Source: Haliotis rubra (lineage: Eukaryota). Taken from it: 64,000 bases of DNA. The DNA lies in assembly GCF_003918875.1 (NCBI RefSeq), contig NW_025766780.1, positions 930,001 to 994,000 of the forward strand, written 5' to 3'. Below the pieces are notes generated by a model. That model worked only from the letters and a program-made list of their open reading frames with translations. It did not search any database and had not been told where the DNA came from. This document shows positions 1-13,281 of this stretch, in pieces; positions within the stretch are counted from its first letter, which is position 1, and each line of letters opens with the position of its first letter. Both the position numbers and the translations under genes were made by a program.

Positions 1-560
1 TTCACTGACGTAATTGCTCAGAGAGTACAGGTCAGTAAGCGGAGTGTCGACCACTTCTGCAGGTAGCACAAGACTGGCCTCTCAGTCTATCTAGTCATAA
101 CTATGACAGTGCAGACACGCCCTAGTACCCTGAGGTGGTCTATGCCTAATATAATCCATATCAATAAGAAAGACCGATATCTTTCATGATACAGAGAATG
201 CAAAACCTACACAAAGGTAGGAACTGCATCTTATCTGCGTTTGCGAGCCGATGACAACTGCTACCGCCAGAACCAATGGACCCAGATGGTCAAGACCTTC
301 CATGTGAGTGACCGACAGATCCCTGAGGTAGGGTGAGACGAAGACTGAGTCCAAACTTAAAAAACAACCCTCCATGATGCCTTGAAGGAAACAGTTCTAT
401 GTAGCGCCATCGTAGAGGTCAAGGCTCTTGTCTCATGAGGGTTGGTCGTAGTAGGAAGAGGAAGGTTAACACAGGCGTATGCATGAAGGATGGTAGATCG
501 CATCCCGAAGGTCATTGTGGTACGAGAGACTTCTGTAGATGAGGCAGATGACGGAGAATA

Positions 561-2177
561 CTGTAAATCATTAAATTAATGCGTCATGAATTTAATGTGA
601 GTGCGAGGGTCCAGTCTAAAATGCGTCATGAAATTAATGCGAGCTCAGGAATTTGTGTTGATGATAAAATGCGACACCCTGAATCTTTGATGTTGTTCAT
701 GCTCTTTTCATTTCTATTTACCAAATAACCTGAATTGAGCTTGTTAAGCAATGAATGGAAATGAGCTCATGATGTTTTGATTACGCTGCTATGTTTGATC
801 ACGTGATTGCCTGCTACTACTTGTCTTATGACAACATGTATAAATGTAATCTGACTTGAAAGACTTCTGTTGACAGGATTTGCTCAAATGAAATTGAGGT
901 GACACATGTTACCATATAAAAAACCTCGGTAATTGTGCAGTGTCACAAACTGTTAGACCGACTTGTATATGAACATGTGAAGGAGATTAGAGCAGCAGGT
1001 GGAATCATCAATCGAAACATTATTTTGGCTACTGTTAGGGGTATAGGGGAGGGAGGACAGTCGAGTCAAAGTCGATTCCAGCCGACCTTGTGATTAACTT
1101 CGACCAGACCGAGTTAAAATTGTGCCTGTGTCAAGCTGGACATTAACCCAACAGGGTGCAAAACAAGTGGACGTGATCGGCGTGGAAGACAAACATGAAA
1201 TCACCATGGTTCTCGGCAGTTCCGCTTCAGGAACCTTACTCCCCCCGCAAGTCATCTACCAAGGTACAACAAACAAGTGCCAGGCCAATCACAACTTTCC
1301 AGACGAGTGGCACGTGACTCATTCAGCCAATCATTGGAGTACTGAGGATACCATGCTTACCTAAGTTGATAATGTGTTGGTACCATACATGAAAAAACGT
1401 GAAAAAACAACTTGGACTTGGTGTGAGACAAAAATCATTGTTGATTTTTTTATGTATTTGCGGCCCATAAATGTGCATTTTTCCTTGATCACTTGAAGAA
1501 AAAACATTTAGAAGTGCGATTTGTGCCCGCAGGATGTACGGGAGAGCTCCAACCTATGGACTTGTCAGTTAATGGTGATTTCAAGTTGGCCATGAAAGAC
1601 CAATTTATCAACTGGTACGCCGACAAAGTGTCGGAGAATTTGATGGAGTCAAGGAAGGACACACGTGTTGGTTTATGCATTAGCGTAATGAAGCCTCTTC
1701 ATGCCAGGTGGATGAAGCCGCGATTTCAAAGGTGAGCAAAGATCGCGAAATGATCCTGCGTGGTTGGAGAATGTCCAGCCTGGCTGATGTGCTTGAGTGA
1801 CTTTGAACAATGACTAGTGATTGTAACCAGTGATAATGGACTTGAGATACCTGTAATGAGGAAGTGACCTGTATTGGTGTAATGTGTAGTGTCAACACGT
1901 CCTCTATTGTTACAAATGAAGTTCAATGGATATCAATTAGTGTCACGAACATTAGTGCTCATTTGTCAATTAATTTTATGAGTGATGTCTGAATTGTTGT
2001 TATATTCTGTATTGTTATGAAAATTGCTAACCTGAAGACAATAAAGATGACAAGAGATTTACGTTGTCTTTCTATTATTAAGTTCTCAAAAGTAGACATG
2101 GTCAGACTGAAATGCGTCATTATAGTAATGCGAGTAGAGTACAGACGCATTTTTCGCATTAATTTCATGATTTACAG
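561..2177 (+). mobile_element. pogo-like (Tc1/mariner superfamily) DNA transposon, decayed, inserted in the DIRS YR gene
   Basis: TIRs CTGTAAATCATTAAATTAATGCG / CGCATTAATTTCATGATTTACAG with TA on both sides (559-560, 2178-2179). Broken DDE_1-type transposase: VINFDQT, LLPPQVIYQG, NHWSTEDTM, FVPAGCTGELQPMDLSVN. Confidence 0.9.
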
Positions 2178-3750
2178 TAAACAGTCTCTTACGTAACCTA
2201 CGACGGTCCAGCGACGAGATCCCACTTCAACCAGGGAGGGCTTTGACTTGTCTGGTCCTCTCGAAACGCAACTGGGTGACATCCAGTGCATGAAGCTCGG
2301 AGATGCAGGCAGCAGTCACAAGAGCCAGGAGGAAGAAAGACTTAAACGTGACATGCTTGAAAGCCTTCTCTGCCAGAGGTTCATACTCCTCTGACATGAG
2401 ATGATTAAAAAACACGGAAAGGTCCCAGGCTGGTGGCCAGAACTTCCGGGATTGATCAGCAACTTGTAAGATCTAAGGAGAGACTGGAGCTCAGGGACAG
2501 TTGACACCTTCGCACCCGTAGCCGGCGTAATAACTGTTACGCATGGCCAGGTATGTAGACAAGGTGGAACCCGTCAATTCCTTGGAAGTTCAAGGATGCT
2601 GGAGGTACTCCGTGACCATCTGAGACGATGCTGTAGTGGTAGATATAATACCCATTATCTAGCAGTAGGCTTCAAAATACTTCCATAGTCATCACAGAGT
2701 GGCCTGGTAGAAGTTCAATGCGCCGTGGTAATCGCTGTAGCGACTCGCTTGGAATATCCCTTTGAAGTTAGCGATTCAAATAAAGGCACCAGGCGTGAAA
2801 ATTAAGTGTGAACGGAGACCATGCAGCTGATCGGAGTGAAGATGAACCACAATATTGGCGTGAACGGGAAGTGGTACTGGAATGGGTCAGCCAAGTCTTG
2901 CAGGTTAGGAACAAACTAACGAGCCAAAAGGATGCGAAGATCAGTGTCAACCGCTGCGTCGTGCGTAACTTTAGCAGTATGCGTGGAAGTAGCGCCACTG
3001 GTGAAAACGCATACGCGTTCAAGTCATCCCAGGGGATGGCTAGAACGTTGTGTTCCCAGGCCAAAGGAAACCACTGTAGGTAACGTAGTGTGCGAACTAG
3101 CAAACAAAGTCATGATGACAGTAGGCGCATAGAAGTAACCAGATGATTCGGCGAATGCTGACAGTTCAGCGAACACATTCGGATCGGTGAATACTGTAGG
3201 AGAGGCGAACTGGTATGGTTCTGCGATCAGGATCGGTTCTGAGATCTAGGGTGGTTCGACGATCTGGATTGGATAGATGATCCGGTTCGGCAGTGTGATC
3301 TAAAGTGCGGAGTCAATCGAGACCGATGCACTTGTCTAAAAAGTCATACCATACAATAATAGTGTACTGGACTGAAAAGGTGTTCCGATCAAACAACAAT
3401 TCACTAGGTTGAATCGTTGTTCCAATCGAAAACGGCACTGGTCGGAAGCGTTGATCTAATCGAAAAGGCACACTGGGCTGAAGTGTTAATCCAATCAAAT
3501 GCGGCGCATCGGTCACCAGTTGTACGCCAATCTCTGTCCGATCTACGTCTAGATGCAACCCGTCGATATTCAGAAAAATCATCATCATTCAAATGTGAAC
3601 AATCAGAACACCGATGTGACCAACTACAACAGCCTATACAATCCACACATAGAGCGTGTGGAACAGCAGCAGAAAAGTTGCTGTTGCACTTTCTTAGAAC
3701 TTCGATTCGATTTATTTCCCATATTGACAATCAAATAATGTCTAACTGAG

Positions 3751-3890
3751 CAGGGCCGTAGGGAGCCCAGGGGGGCAGCTGCCCCCTAGAATCTTTTTAC
3801 ATATTAATTTTTGTGCATCAAACTATTGATATAACACTGTTTTAACATGGATGGTGCCCCCCGTATTAATAAAAGTTAACTACGGCCCTG
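3751..3890. mobile_element. 140-bp MITE with 11-bp TIRs and a 5-bp TSD
   Basis: CAGGGCCGTAG...CTACGGCCCTG, flanked by CTGAG at 3746-3750 and 3891-3895. Confidence 0.85.
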
Positions 3891-4006
3891 CTGAGAGAAC
3901 AACACACGTCCACTCAGTGTAGCGACAAAAAAGAAAATGACAGGCACAAACCATCATGTGATCATCTGAGCTATCTGCACGCTTATTGAGATGATTGACA
4001 GGTACT

Positions 4007-4079
4007 GCGGTCGGAGTGGGGTCAGCGGTCGGAGTGGGGTCAGCGGTAGGAGTGGGGTCAGAGGTCGGGGGGTCAGAGG
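4007..4079. repeat. 18-bp minisatellite, about 4 copies
   Basis: Tandem GCGGTCGGAGTGGGGTCA units inside the DIRS 5' region. Confidence 0.9.
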
Positions 4080-4338
4080 CCAGATAACTTTTCATTCAAC
4101 TTAGCCTACAGCACGTTTCCACACATGGTTGTAGAAGAAGAACCGTGAGATAGGATAAGTTTAAAAATCTCGGTTATCTTTTTACCACTGGTTAAACACT
4201 CTGAACCGGCCATTAAAGTTAACCAAGTGGTTAAAGCGTTTCTCAAAACCCGGTTATCTTTAACCCGCCGTTATCTTGGCGTTAACACACCTACAGACCG
4301 CCGCTAAATAGTTAACCGGGTTGTTTAACATCTGCAAG

Positions 4339-7300
4339 ATGGCGTTGATCATGCAACCGAATGCTGCGTTCATGGAGCCGTTAAAGAACCAAGGACAAGA
4401 GAAAGTTTATAGAGCTTACAATTTAAACATTCTAGGCTATTCGGACAGTGAACTGCGTCTGCGTTACAGGTTTGGAAGGAGGTCTATTGAGTATTTGGTT
4501 GACACTTTAAGAGACGATCTTAAACGACCAACAAATCGCGGACACGCACTTACAGTTGAGTAGGGGAGAAACGGTATGCTCTTTACACGGTACGGTACGT
4601 ATTGCGGTACAAGGCCTTCGGTTTGGTCCGTTTCGGTCCGGTATATGAGATATGATCATAATGCAGATAATTGACAAGAGCCAAACCTTACATTGTTTAA
4701 TAACATGGAAAAAAATAACCATAATCTTTGTTATTTTTAATGAACAAAACTGTCATTTCATGACAAGATGGAACAACTAAAGTTTCACTGGAACCTTGGA
4801 GCTCACAGCTGTGTGGCAAAATAGCAAGTAGCCAAGTATGATTAAAAGTCACTAACATCACATCAGCATTTACTGCAGTGAAATCACCACGTCCCAGAAA
4901 TGTTCATGTTTTAAAAAACAAAACAAAAAAATCCAACAAAAAAAAATACACAAATCAGATCTTGTCGAATGTGACTGTTAAATATAAATAAATCAGATAA
5001 ATAAATTAAACAAAATAACTCAACACAGTTGTCATAAGACAGTTACAGTCTGTGTGACAGATCATTGTCCGTGCTCTAAATCATTGTCTATCTCAGTCGG
5101 TTAAACATTTACAGACTATCCAGTCCTTGGGAAGTACTGCTACACAATATTGGCACATTCCAGAATTTTGTTGTATTCATTTTTCAGATTCATTCAAAAT
5201 ATCTTTTAAAGTTCACTCAGAAATATATTTCTCCTTTCTGAAACAAATGTGTTTTAGCTTGAGAAAGCTGCTTTCTCCTTTTATTGGTCGTTAAATGTTC
5301 ATTGTTCTGATATAGCTTGTAATGAGATGGTAGCAACAACAAACAAACATAAGTGTTAAGAACTGTGACGGGAAAGGTACCAGATCCCAACCCCAAATTG
5401 CAGTCATTTCTCGCCATAACGCCGGTCTTGGGGTCCATGGATGACACCGAGTTATGAGATACCCGCGTTATACATAACCCAGAACAAAGGCCAATTTTTA
5501 AAAATTTCGTACTTTCCATGGACATAACAGAACTGCTATTTCGTGCATTGTGCTCAGTCAAAACTATATTGTATCGTCGAAGGTGAAAAAACAAACTTTG
5601 TACATGAAAATAAACATGTGTATAGGAAACCTGCAATCAAATTGAACATCACTAGACGTGATAACCTGTCATTCAACTAAGCCGGAAATAACAATCAGCT
5701 GTGTACTCATGTTTTGTTCCCATCTACCGGTGATTCAGTTAAAAACAATCTGAAAATATAACATCGAAGGATTTCTATTCCATTAGAAGAATAATTTATA
5801 TCCCAAGTAGTTATTTTAAAAGAGATAATATACATTGCTATGTTATTAGAATTATGCATGTTTTCTACGAACATATTTAACACAATAATTAACATAGGTT
5901 CAGCACTTTGGGTTACGTAGCTTGATACATTTTACATAGGAGACAGTTTGACAAGTCACCGTTGAAAAAACAAAATGTTGGCAATTAATGAGTCAATAAC
6001 GCGGCTCTAGGGGTCCATGGATGACGAGGCGGTAATCTGTTCGTGATTGCTGAGAATAATGTGAAATTGGTGCTATCGTGGTGGGCACGAAAAGCGGACC
6101 CTTATGAACAAGGTAAGCGGAAGTGGTACCCGTATAGAATGAGGAGGTGTCATTTCACATGTTTTCTCTGATGTTACTGTAAACAGTTTTAATAAATGAA
6201 AATGGGATTAAATTTAATCAAATAAAAAGAAATAGAGGAAGATCGTTTTATTATGAGTTTTCAGATATCATACGTGTTAGGATGGCAGTGTTTACCCACG
6301 CTATAACCACGGTATGTTGCATCACAGCAAACATTGTAAGTACTCGGCTTATGGCTTGTACTTATGATAAAATCGACTTTAATAAAGTAAAACGATGTTT
6401 CGCTGTTCGTCTGATTTGAAATAACCAGCTACTGATCTGGTATCTGCCGATGCTGTCTTTCTGACTTTGTAGACGACTTCAGGCGATCTCGTACTTACTT
6501 CCAGGAAAATAGCGGCCGCCAAGCAAAGAAATGTATAGATTTTGACCAAATTATTCGATTTCTAGACATTTTAGGAAAGGTTTAAAATGATTAATGAAAT
6601 GACGGTACGAAAACCGAAAATACCGAATGTTTGGATTGCAGTACGGTATACCGAACCGAAGGCAAAATACTGCGGTTCTACTAATACCACGGTATACAGT
6701 TTCACCCCTACAGTTGAGCAACAAGTTTTAATTGCCTTGCGATTTTATGAAAGTGGGAGTTTTCTCCGAGTGGTTGGGGATACCTTGGGTGTGGACAAGA
6801 GTTGTGCTTCGCGAGTGGTTAGAGATGTCACTGATGCCCCCGTTGCACACGCAAGCGCGCTTACATTACTTGGCCAACCGACGCCAAGCACCTGCATACT
6901 ACTCAGAGTGGATTCTACCAACTTGGTGGGTTTCCTAACGTAATAGGCTGCATAGATGGTACACACGTAGGGATCCAAGCTCAAACAAGAGATGAACCAG
7001 CTTATGTGAACAGAAAAGGTTACCACAGTATCAACGTTCAAGCTGTATGTGATCACGAAGGTAGACTAGCTCTATATTTTAGTGCGATATACCTGAGAGT
7101 GACTTCCCTCGGTTTATATAAAATCCATTTCTGAATAAAATACGCAATACGTGACCATTCCAGAATGTTTTCAGTCAATTCATGTAATTTATGTTTAAAG
7201 TTCATTTCATATCAACATATATAAATAATAAATTGTGAGGAATAACTGTAATCAATTTAATGATCGTAAAGATTGACAAGTAAACTTAATTTAATGTATT

Positions 7301-7639
7301 TTAGTGAAATGAAGCGCTCATAAAATGTGACTTCTTATGCTTGTATTACAACTGCTTTGCAGGAAGGTTAACAAACGTGTGTGTCAAGTGGCCAAGTGCT
7401 GCTCACGACAGCCACATATTCGGAACATCTGCACTCTGTCATCATCTAGAGCAACACCACTTGACAGTTTCATTTTAGGAGACAACGGATACCCGTGTAG
7501 GCCTTTCCTCCTCACTCCCTACTTTAACCCCCATGGACAACCAGAACAGAGATACAATGGCAGCCTATGTGCGACACGTGTCACAATTGAGAGGACATTT
7601 GGCATGTGGAAACGATTTTTCCATGTCCTACACTCTGAG
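4339..7639 (+). pseudogene. Harbinger (HARBI1-like) DDE transposase, interrupted and frameshifted
   Basis: LRYRF...HALTVE (to 4560) resumes as QQVLIALRFY (6719) once the hAT insert is removed. Further motifs: [26 protein letters not shown], a GT-AG intron 7061-7362, [28 protein letters not shown]. Confidence 0.88.
4561..6710. mobile_element. Non-autonomous hAT element
   Basis: TIR TAGGGGAGAAAC / GTTTCACCCCTA with a perfect 8-bp TSD CAGTTGAG (4553-4560, 6711-6718). Subterminal CGGTA repeats; no coding capacity seen. Confidence 0.92.
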
Positions 7640-7737
7640 GTAATATTGATACTGTAGGCCAGGAGCATTAGACACAAACAATAGGTAACATTGGAAAAAA
7701 ATAGAAAGCAAAGATATTTTTCAATCCTCAGAATATT

Positions 7738-8007
7738 CTAACACATGACATTACGTAGGAAACTCTCTCTCTCTCTCTCCTGCATGCATCCATCCATCAA
7801 TGTACTTTGGTAATTTCCATCCAAATTTGATTTTTCTTTTTTTCTAGTAACCTCGTTACTGTGCCTTTCATTTATTATTTTCGAATTGGCCTCCACCCAG
7901 CTTTGAATAATGTTTTCTTCTTCCACCGAAAAATTCCTACTTCTTTTCTTTCTAGGTTTTAGGTTTTCAGGGTGTGATTTCTCGTTTGGTGCCTCCATTT
8001 TTGACAT
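7738..8007 (-). pseudogene. Harbinger accessory Myb/SANT-like DNA-binding protein, truncated
   Basis: RKKRSRNFSVEEENIIQSWVEANSKII...SNEVTRKKEK fits the MSANTD/NAIF1-type N-terminus. It lies convergent to the transposase. Confidence 0.8.
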
Positions 8008-8889
8008 TGCCGGAAGTAAACAAACTATTGCATTATGGGACTGATAGAACTTTAACCAGGACTTAAACCACGACGTTAAAGATAACGATGACGTTAGGAA
8101 ACGGCAGTGTTAAACATGGACTGTGCAACGCTTTTTTAACGTTCGGTTAGCTAAGAGTTAACTGAGTTTTGAACAACCGTGCCCAGATAAATTTGCATTT
8201 TCACTTGGCCCTCAGATAACCAAATGACCCATAACTTTCAGACATAATTGTTAACAACCAAGAAGTACATGTTTGGAAGGTGCAGACATGCTGGAGAAGT
8301 TTGCATGAACTGAACAGTTTAATGAAATCATGCAATCTGCTTCAAATGCCAATGCATAGTGTACAGTTCATGTGTGCAACTACTTTATCGGGATATCAAC
8401 ATACTTTATTGAGACAACAGGTTCAAAACAGAACAAAAATGGCTTCATTCTTCCTGCCGAGGCTATCTTTAAACATTAGGATTAAAATCTGTCCATTTGT
8501 GACAGCTTATACAGATATAACATGCTGTACCATAACACTAGTTTGACTAACTTCACAGCCTTATCAAATCAACTGCTTTGATATTTTGATTAATTTATAA
8601 CTAAAAATGACATCAGTCTAGGTTTATCTTTTACATGTTACCAGTCCTTTTGGAAGTCCAAACATAGGACTAATAGTACCACTTCGATCTGCCACCATCA
8701 ACAAGGGCTGAATGCAAAACTGACTGCTGACTTATTTATAAAAGAACCAACATTCAAGACTAAATGCAAGGCTGGCCTTCCACTTTGTCTGAAAGTTTTG
8801 TCAGATGCGTTGCACATTGTGTTTCTCAGCATACATTACATGCGATTTCATGAGCTTCTCATGTAGTTATGACTGAGTATTTCAGAACA

Positions 8890-9060
8890 ATGACACCAAC
8901 AGAAATGGCTTTTATACATTCTCACTGAACGAAGAGGGACAGAAGGAGTTTCAAAGGTAATCAGACTTTCAAGGAAACAGTTTTACCATGTTCTGAAAAT
9001 TGAAGCCACCATCTCAAGACAAGATACAAGGCTCAGAAAGGCAATTTCTGTTGGAGATAA
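8890..9060 (+). pseudogene. Short relic of a second Harbinger-type transposase N-terminus
   Basis: Frameshifted translation EFQR..RLSRKQFYHVL..IEATISRQDTRLRKAISV resembles the FRMS...I..QDT..R.AI motif of this family. Confidence 0.5.
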
Positions 9061-9468
9061 TATGTGTTCTTAAATACAAGTATTCCTTTTTACATGATTA
9101 TATTTGGAATAACAGTTAGTGAGTTACACTATCCAAATGCCACGCAATTCTAACTTGCATTTATTGAAAACAAGAGACATGTCACAAGATGAAGATTCAG
9201 TTTCTCTTCAATTACACCATTTTGTAACCGTATCACACAAAAACACAAACTCAAAGTACAGATCATCAGCATCTTTAAAAAAAACTGAAACACAAACAAT
9301 ATAATGCAAATGAGTCATCATCTTGATGCACTTATTTGTCTCATGAATGAGCAATGAGAATCTTAGAAGCTCCCAAAACTAAGGTTGGGCTTTAAAGCAA
9401 GAATTTCCATTCCATTCCCTCAGTGGAAAATACTCCTTCCTATGTGTTCAAAATATACTGTTCCTGCT

Positions 9469-9842
9469 AACCAACATCTGATTGGCATAAACTAGATGCA
9501 AATGACGATGTAACTGACAACCAATACCTGATGGGTATACACTGGCTGCATGGGACCATGTAACTGACAACCAATACCTGACGGGTATACACCAGCTGCA
9601 CGTAACCATGTAACTGACAACCAATACTTGATGGGTATAAACTGGCTGTATGTGACCATGTAACTGACAACCAATACCTGATGGGTATACACTGGCTGCA
9701 TGGGACCATGTAACTGACAAACAATACCTGATGGGTATACACTGGCTGCATGGGACCATGTAACTGACAACCAATACCTGATGGGTATACACTGGCTGCA
9801 TGTGACCATGAAACTGACAACCAATACCTGATGGGTATAAAC
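9469..9842. repeat. 50-bp tandem satellite, left block (about 7.5 units)
   Basis: Unit CATGTAACTGACAACCAATACCTGATGGGTATACACTGGCTGCATGGGAC; the first unit is degenerate. Confidence 0.97.
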
Positions 9843-12800
9843 TCTAACAAACCTGTAGAGGTTGATGATTTTTTGAAGAGAGTCCTCCTTGGGGTACTTA
9901 TAAGCATTTTTATGTCCATTTAAAAATCCTACGACTGTAAATATATTTTGAATAAAATATTTTCAAAACAAAAACCATGTTTTCTTCTTGTTTGACCACC
10001 CCCACTGAGCCCAGAATGGACCCGTCCGCCGGGAACAGATAACTCCAAGCGCTCACCTCTTACCTCACTTTCCATGCTGAATACGATGAGACAGAATGTG
10101 TGGAGGCGGGTGGCCCTACCCCAAGGAGGACTCTCTTCAAAGAATCATCAACCTCTACAGGTTTGTTCGATTCTTTTTCATAAGAGATCTTCCTTGGGGT
10201 ACTTATAAGCATAAGACAGACTCCCAAAGATCAGAGTCATGAGTGGCATTCTGTCAGCCAATGAAAAAAACCCACGTAAGCGGAATTCACCTGAGTCTAA
10301 AAATAGACAAAATCACACTGACCCAGTCACATGTCTTGTAATGTCGACTAGCGAGGGCGTGACTGAGAGAACGGAGTCAAACATACTCCAGGTAGTAAGA
10401 AAAGCATAAACTGCTTGATTACTAACTAGATCCACCCCACACTCTCCTACCAAGAAGGGTAATACGAGGGAGATGAAAAAAGGAGTACATTATGATGTTC
10501 CCAGAAAATACTTGCACCCAAGCAAAGTTTTCTGAGAAAAGCCTGTGAGGTAGCTCCTGCCCTAACAGAGTGAGCTTTCAAACCCTCAGGAGGGGACAAA
10601 CCTTTGTTAGTATAACTTACACAATTGGCAGAGACAAGCCACCTAGAAATGGTCTGCTTGCTCGCCGGAAGGCCAGACTTACCACCGCCATAACAGCAGA
10701 ACAATTGATTATCCTTACGGATATCTTTTGTTCATTTGATATAAGCCTTGAGACACTTACCGACATCTAAGACGTGAGCACGTGGAAGGCACTATCTTTC
10801 TTAGGACGAATGTATTTCTGTAAGTTGTTTGGCCAGAGTTGCCGACGAGATATCATCGGGACTCGACCCCTGGCTCACCAGCTCCTGCTGCATAGTGGAG
10901 AGGTATCCTGAATGAACCGTAATACACAACTGCTGGGCAGCATTGGGGAATTCTTCTTCAAAAGAACGGTAACGGCAGTGTAGAACCATTAGCCGGGAAG
11001 GGTGGCAGGCGCCAACCCTGTTTGGTAGAGGTGAATGTTGGAGTGGACGAACCCCCCAGGGTGACCGATGTGAACACACACTTGTCAACCGCTGGGGGGT
11101 CGAATATATCCTCGCGCCCCATGACATAACGGCAACTAAGGTCTGGTAAATCAAACCTAGCCCGTGTGCCCATGAGGAGGGGATTAACAATTTCCGTAAT
11201 AAGAGACAGCAAAATACGCAAAAGCCTCCCCAGGCAAGCTGAAATCTGAGGGATCTGGACAGCACTCAGGGACTGCCACCTGAGGCAGGACAGTTGCAAT
11301 ACGATCGCATACCTGCCTCAGTGAAGATGTAAAGGAGAACTATTCCTCAAAGGCATCTTCCATCTCCTCATCATCTTCCACTGCCTCTATGTCACGATCC
11401 TCAGAAGCATAACTATCCTCACAAGGAGGAACCTCTGAGTCCGCCACCGATGAGGACAATGAGAGTGACAAGGGATGCACAAGCGCTGAGGCATTCGACT
11501 CCACATTCCCCCTGGTCCCGGGACCCAAAATGGCCATGTAGTGACAGAGCGACCGAGCCCGGTGGACCAGACAACTCATCAGCCGAAGCATCCGGTTGCG
11601 TCTGGTCGAGACCTGATCTACCATCGCTAAAGAGGCCACGGGTAGCCGAAGCAACCGGTACCTCCGGCACACTCAGCGGCCCTTTGGCCAAGGCACCAAG
11701 GGGTTGAAGGGTAAAGGCCTTATCCCCTGCGCTGGGAATCAATGCTGAACATGAGCCGAGACTCGAGACAACTGTGGAACCCAGGGTCAGAGCGCTCCCG
11801 GAGCCAGTGCTCGGGTTAACTCCTCCCTTGGGGGTTGGGGCTAACCCTGAGACAGAGCTCTGGGTAGCGCCTCCCCCAACAGATGCGCCGGCGCCATCCC
11901 TCAACCGAGACCAAATCGCCGAACTCCTCACGGAGTCCGGAAACTGTGTCTGATATCAGGGTACGCACCGACGACATCTGTGGCTGCAATAAACTTGATC
12001 ATTCATTTAATGACATAGGTGCAACATGAGATGAATGTGGGGGAGAGGCATGCGTCGGTGGTGGATTCCATGTAGATGGTGCAGAAGGCGGGACAGAAAC
12101 AATTTCCTTAGAACCCTTGGACTTCTTGACCTCCGAGGAGACAGAGGAGACAGAGGAAGACGAGGAAGTCGATTTGCGACTTTTAGGCTTTTTGGAGGGG
12201 GGTTCTTTGTGTCGTGTGTCGTGATTTTTGGGTCCGGAGTGAAAAAGCCTGGCAAGTGTCCCAGCCCTGATGATCATAGGCAGATTCCTCCAGACATCTG
12301 AGGCACAAATTGTGTCCATCCCATAAAGGAAAAGACGTCCTGCATTTATTGCAGTGTTTAAACGGCAATAAAAAAGGAACACCCTCCTATACACAACAAA
12401 AACTACACCATATAAAATACACAATAGGAGGGAAGGTAATAAATTTATTCCTATAATAATAAACTAATGCTGTAACCCCCAAAACAAAAGGCACAAGGTA
12501 AACATAGCCTTAGAAAAAGAAAATACAGCACAAACCATCAGACAGGGATGCCTATACAAGCCGCCATGCTGAAGGAGCGCACATACACCTAGTAGCATCC
12601 ACACTATAGTGAAAATACAAAACGCTTGTAGCATATATATATATAAAACATATATAGTGATTATTAACCGAGTGTGTTTCCGTATCATTAATATCATATA
12701 TTAGGAATAAAAATTCTATTATGCGAGCCTTTGTCGTCTGCATTGTGATCGATAGATCGAAATCCTTGGTTGGTACCTTTCTTAGACGATTGCCTTTCAG

Positions 12801-13113
12801 TTGTGCCTCATAATCCGTACCTTTAATGTGAACGAAGTACTCCGTTTCATGTTTTCCAAAGTCAATTACTGCAGTAACAACTCCAGAACCTTAGTCATCA
12901 ATTCTTACAGAATCACCAATTTTGAGAATGGGGGCAGCCATGTTTGTTTACTAACAATGTAAACTCGTGACGACGTCATCAATGAAATGTTAACGTTTTA
13001 GGATTCGCATGGCATGTATGGAGTCTTGTAAAGTTGAAAAATAGTAAATGCTGGTTCTGGTTTCATAAGTTTAATTCATAGGTTCAGGTATCAAATACAG
13101 CTGCATGGCATCA

Positions 13114-13281
13114 AGGTGTCACACACACCCTCACTCAAGAGCACATGTTGTACAGCTCACATGGCATCAGATACAAAAGTCGGATTCAAGGGTGGAAGGT
13201 TATATTCCCTACAGTTACTGGGCGGATTATGAAAGGGTATCATGGAGCGGAATCAGATTCACAAATTACTTCTCTTTAATA
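13114..13281 (-). repeat. BEL/Pao LTR, shared segment of the 3' copy
   Basis: Near-identical direct repeat of 18481-18647, preceded on the minus strand by a PPT-like GGGGGCC. Confidence 0.85.

Larger units (their letters stand above)
1..4168 (-). mobile_element. Degenerate DIRS-type tyrosine-recombinase retrotransposon (family A); runs off the left edge
   Basis: Minus-strand remnants of YR (EVSRTTMTFGMRSTILHAY...HETRAL, ~360-560, and ALVTAACISELHAL, 2227-2415), the MTase-like pol end (LAIPWDDLNAYAFSP, 2768-3103) and a Cys-rich gag N-terminus (3404-3730). The terminus CGTGAGATAGGATAAGTTTAAAAAT (4144-4168) matches the DIRS end/ICR motifs at ~25570-25650 and 62508. Confidence 0.85.
4169..8184 (+). 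mobile_element. PIF/Harbinger DNA transposon (transposase plus convergent Myb/SANT gene)
   Basis: Two-gene convergent layout. The right end reads GAGTTTTGAACAACCGTGCCC. GTTAAC/GGTTAA-rich subterminal repeats occur at both ends. The outer left TIR is missing where the DIRS end abuts it. Confidence 0.85.

Noticed and set aside
4339-7639. Domesticated host HARBI1 gene
   Set aside because: It is interrupted by a hAT, frameshifted, and sits with a Myb partner inside transposon ends.
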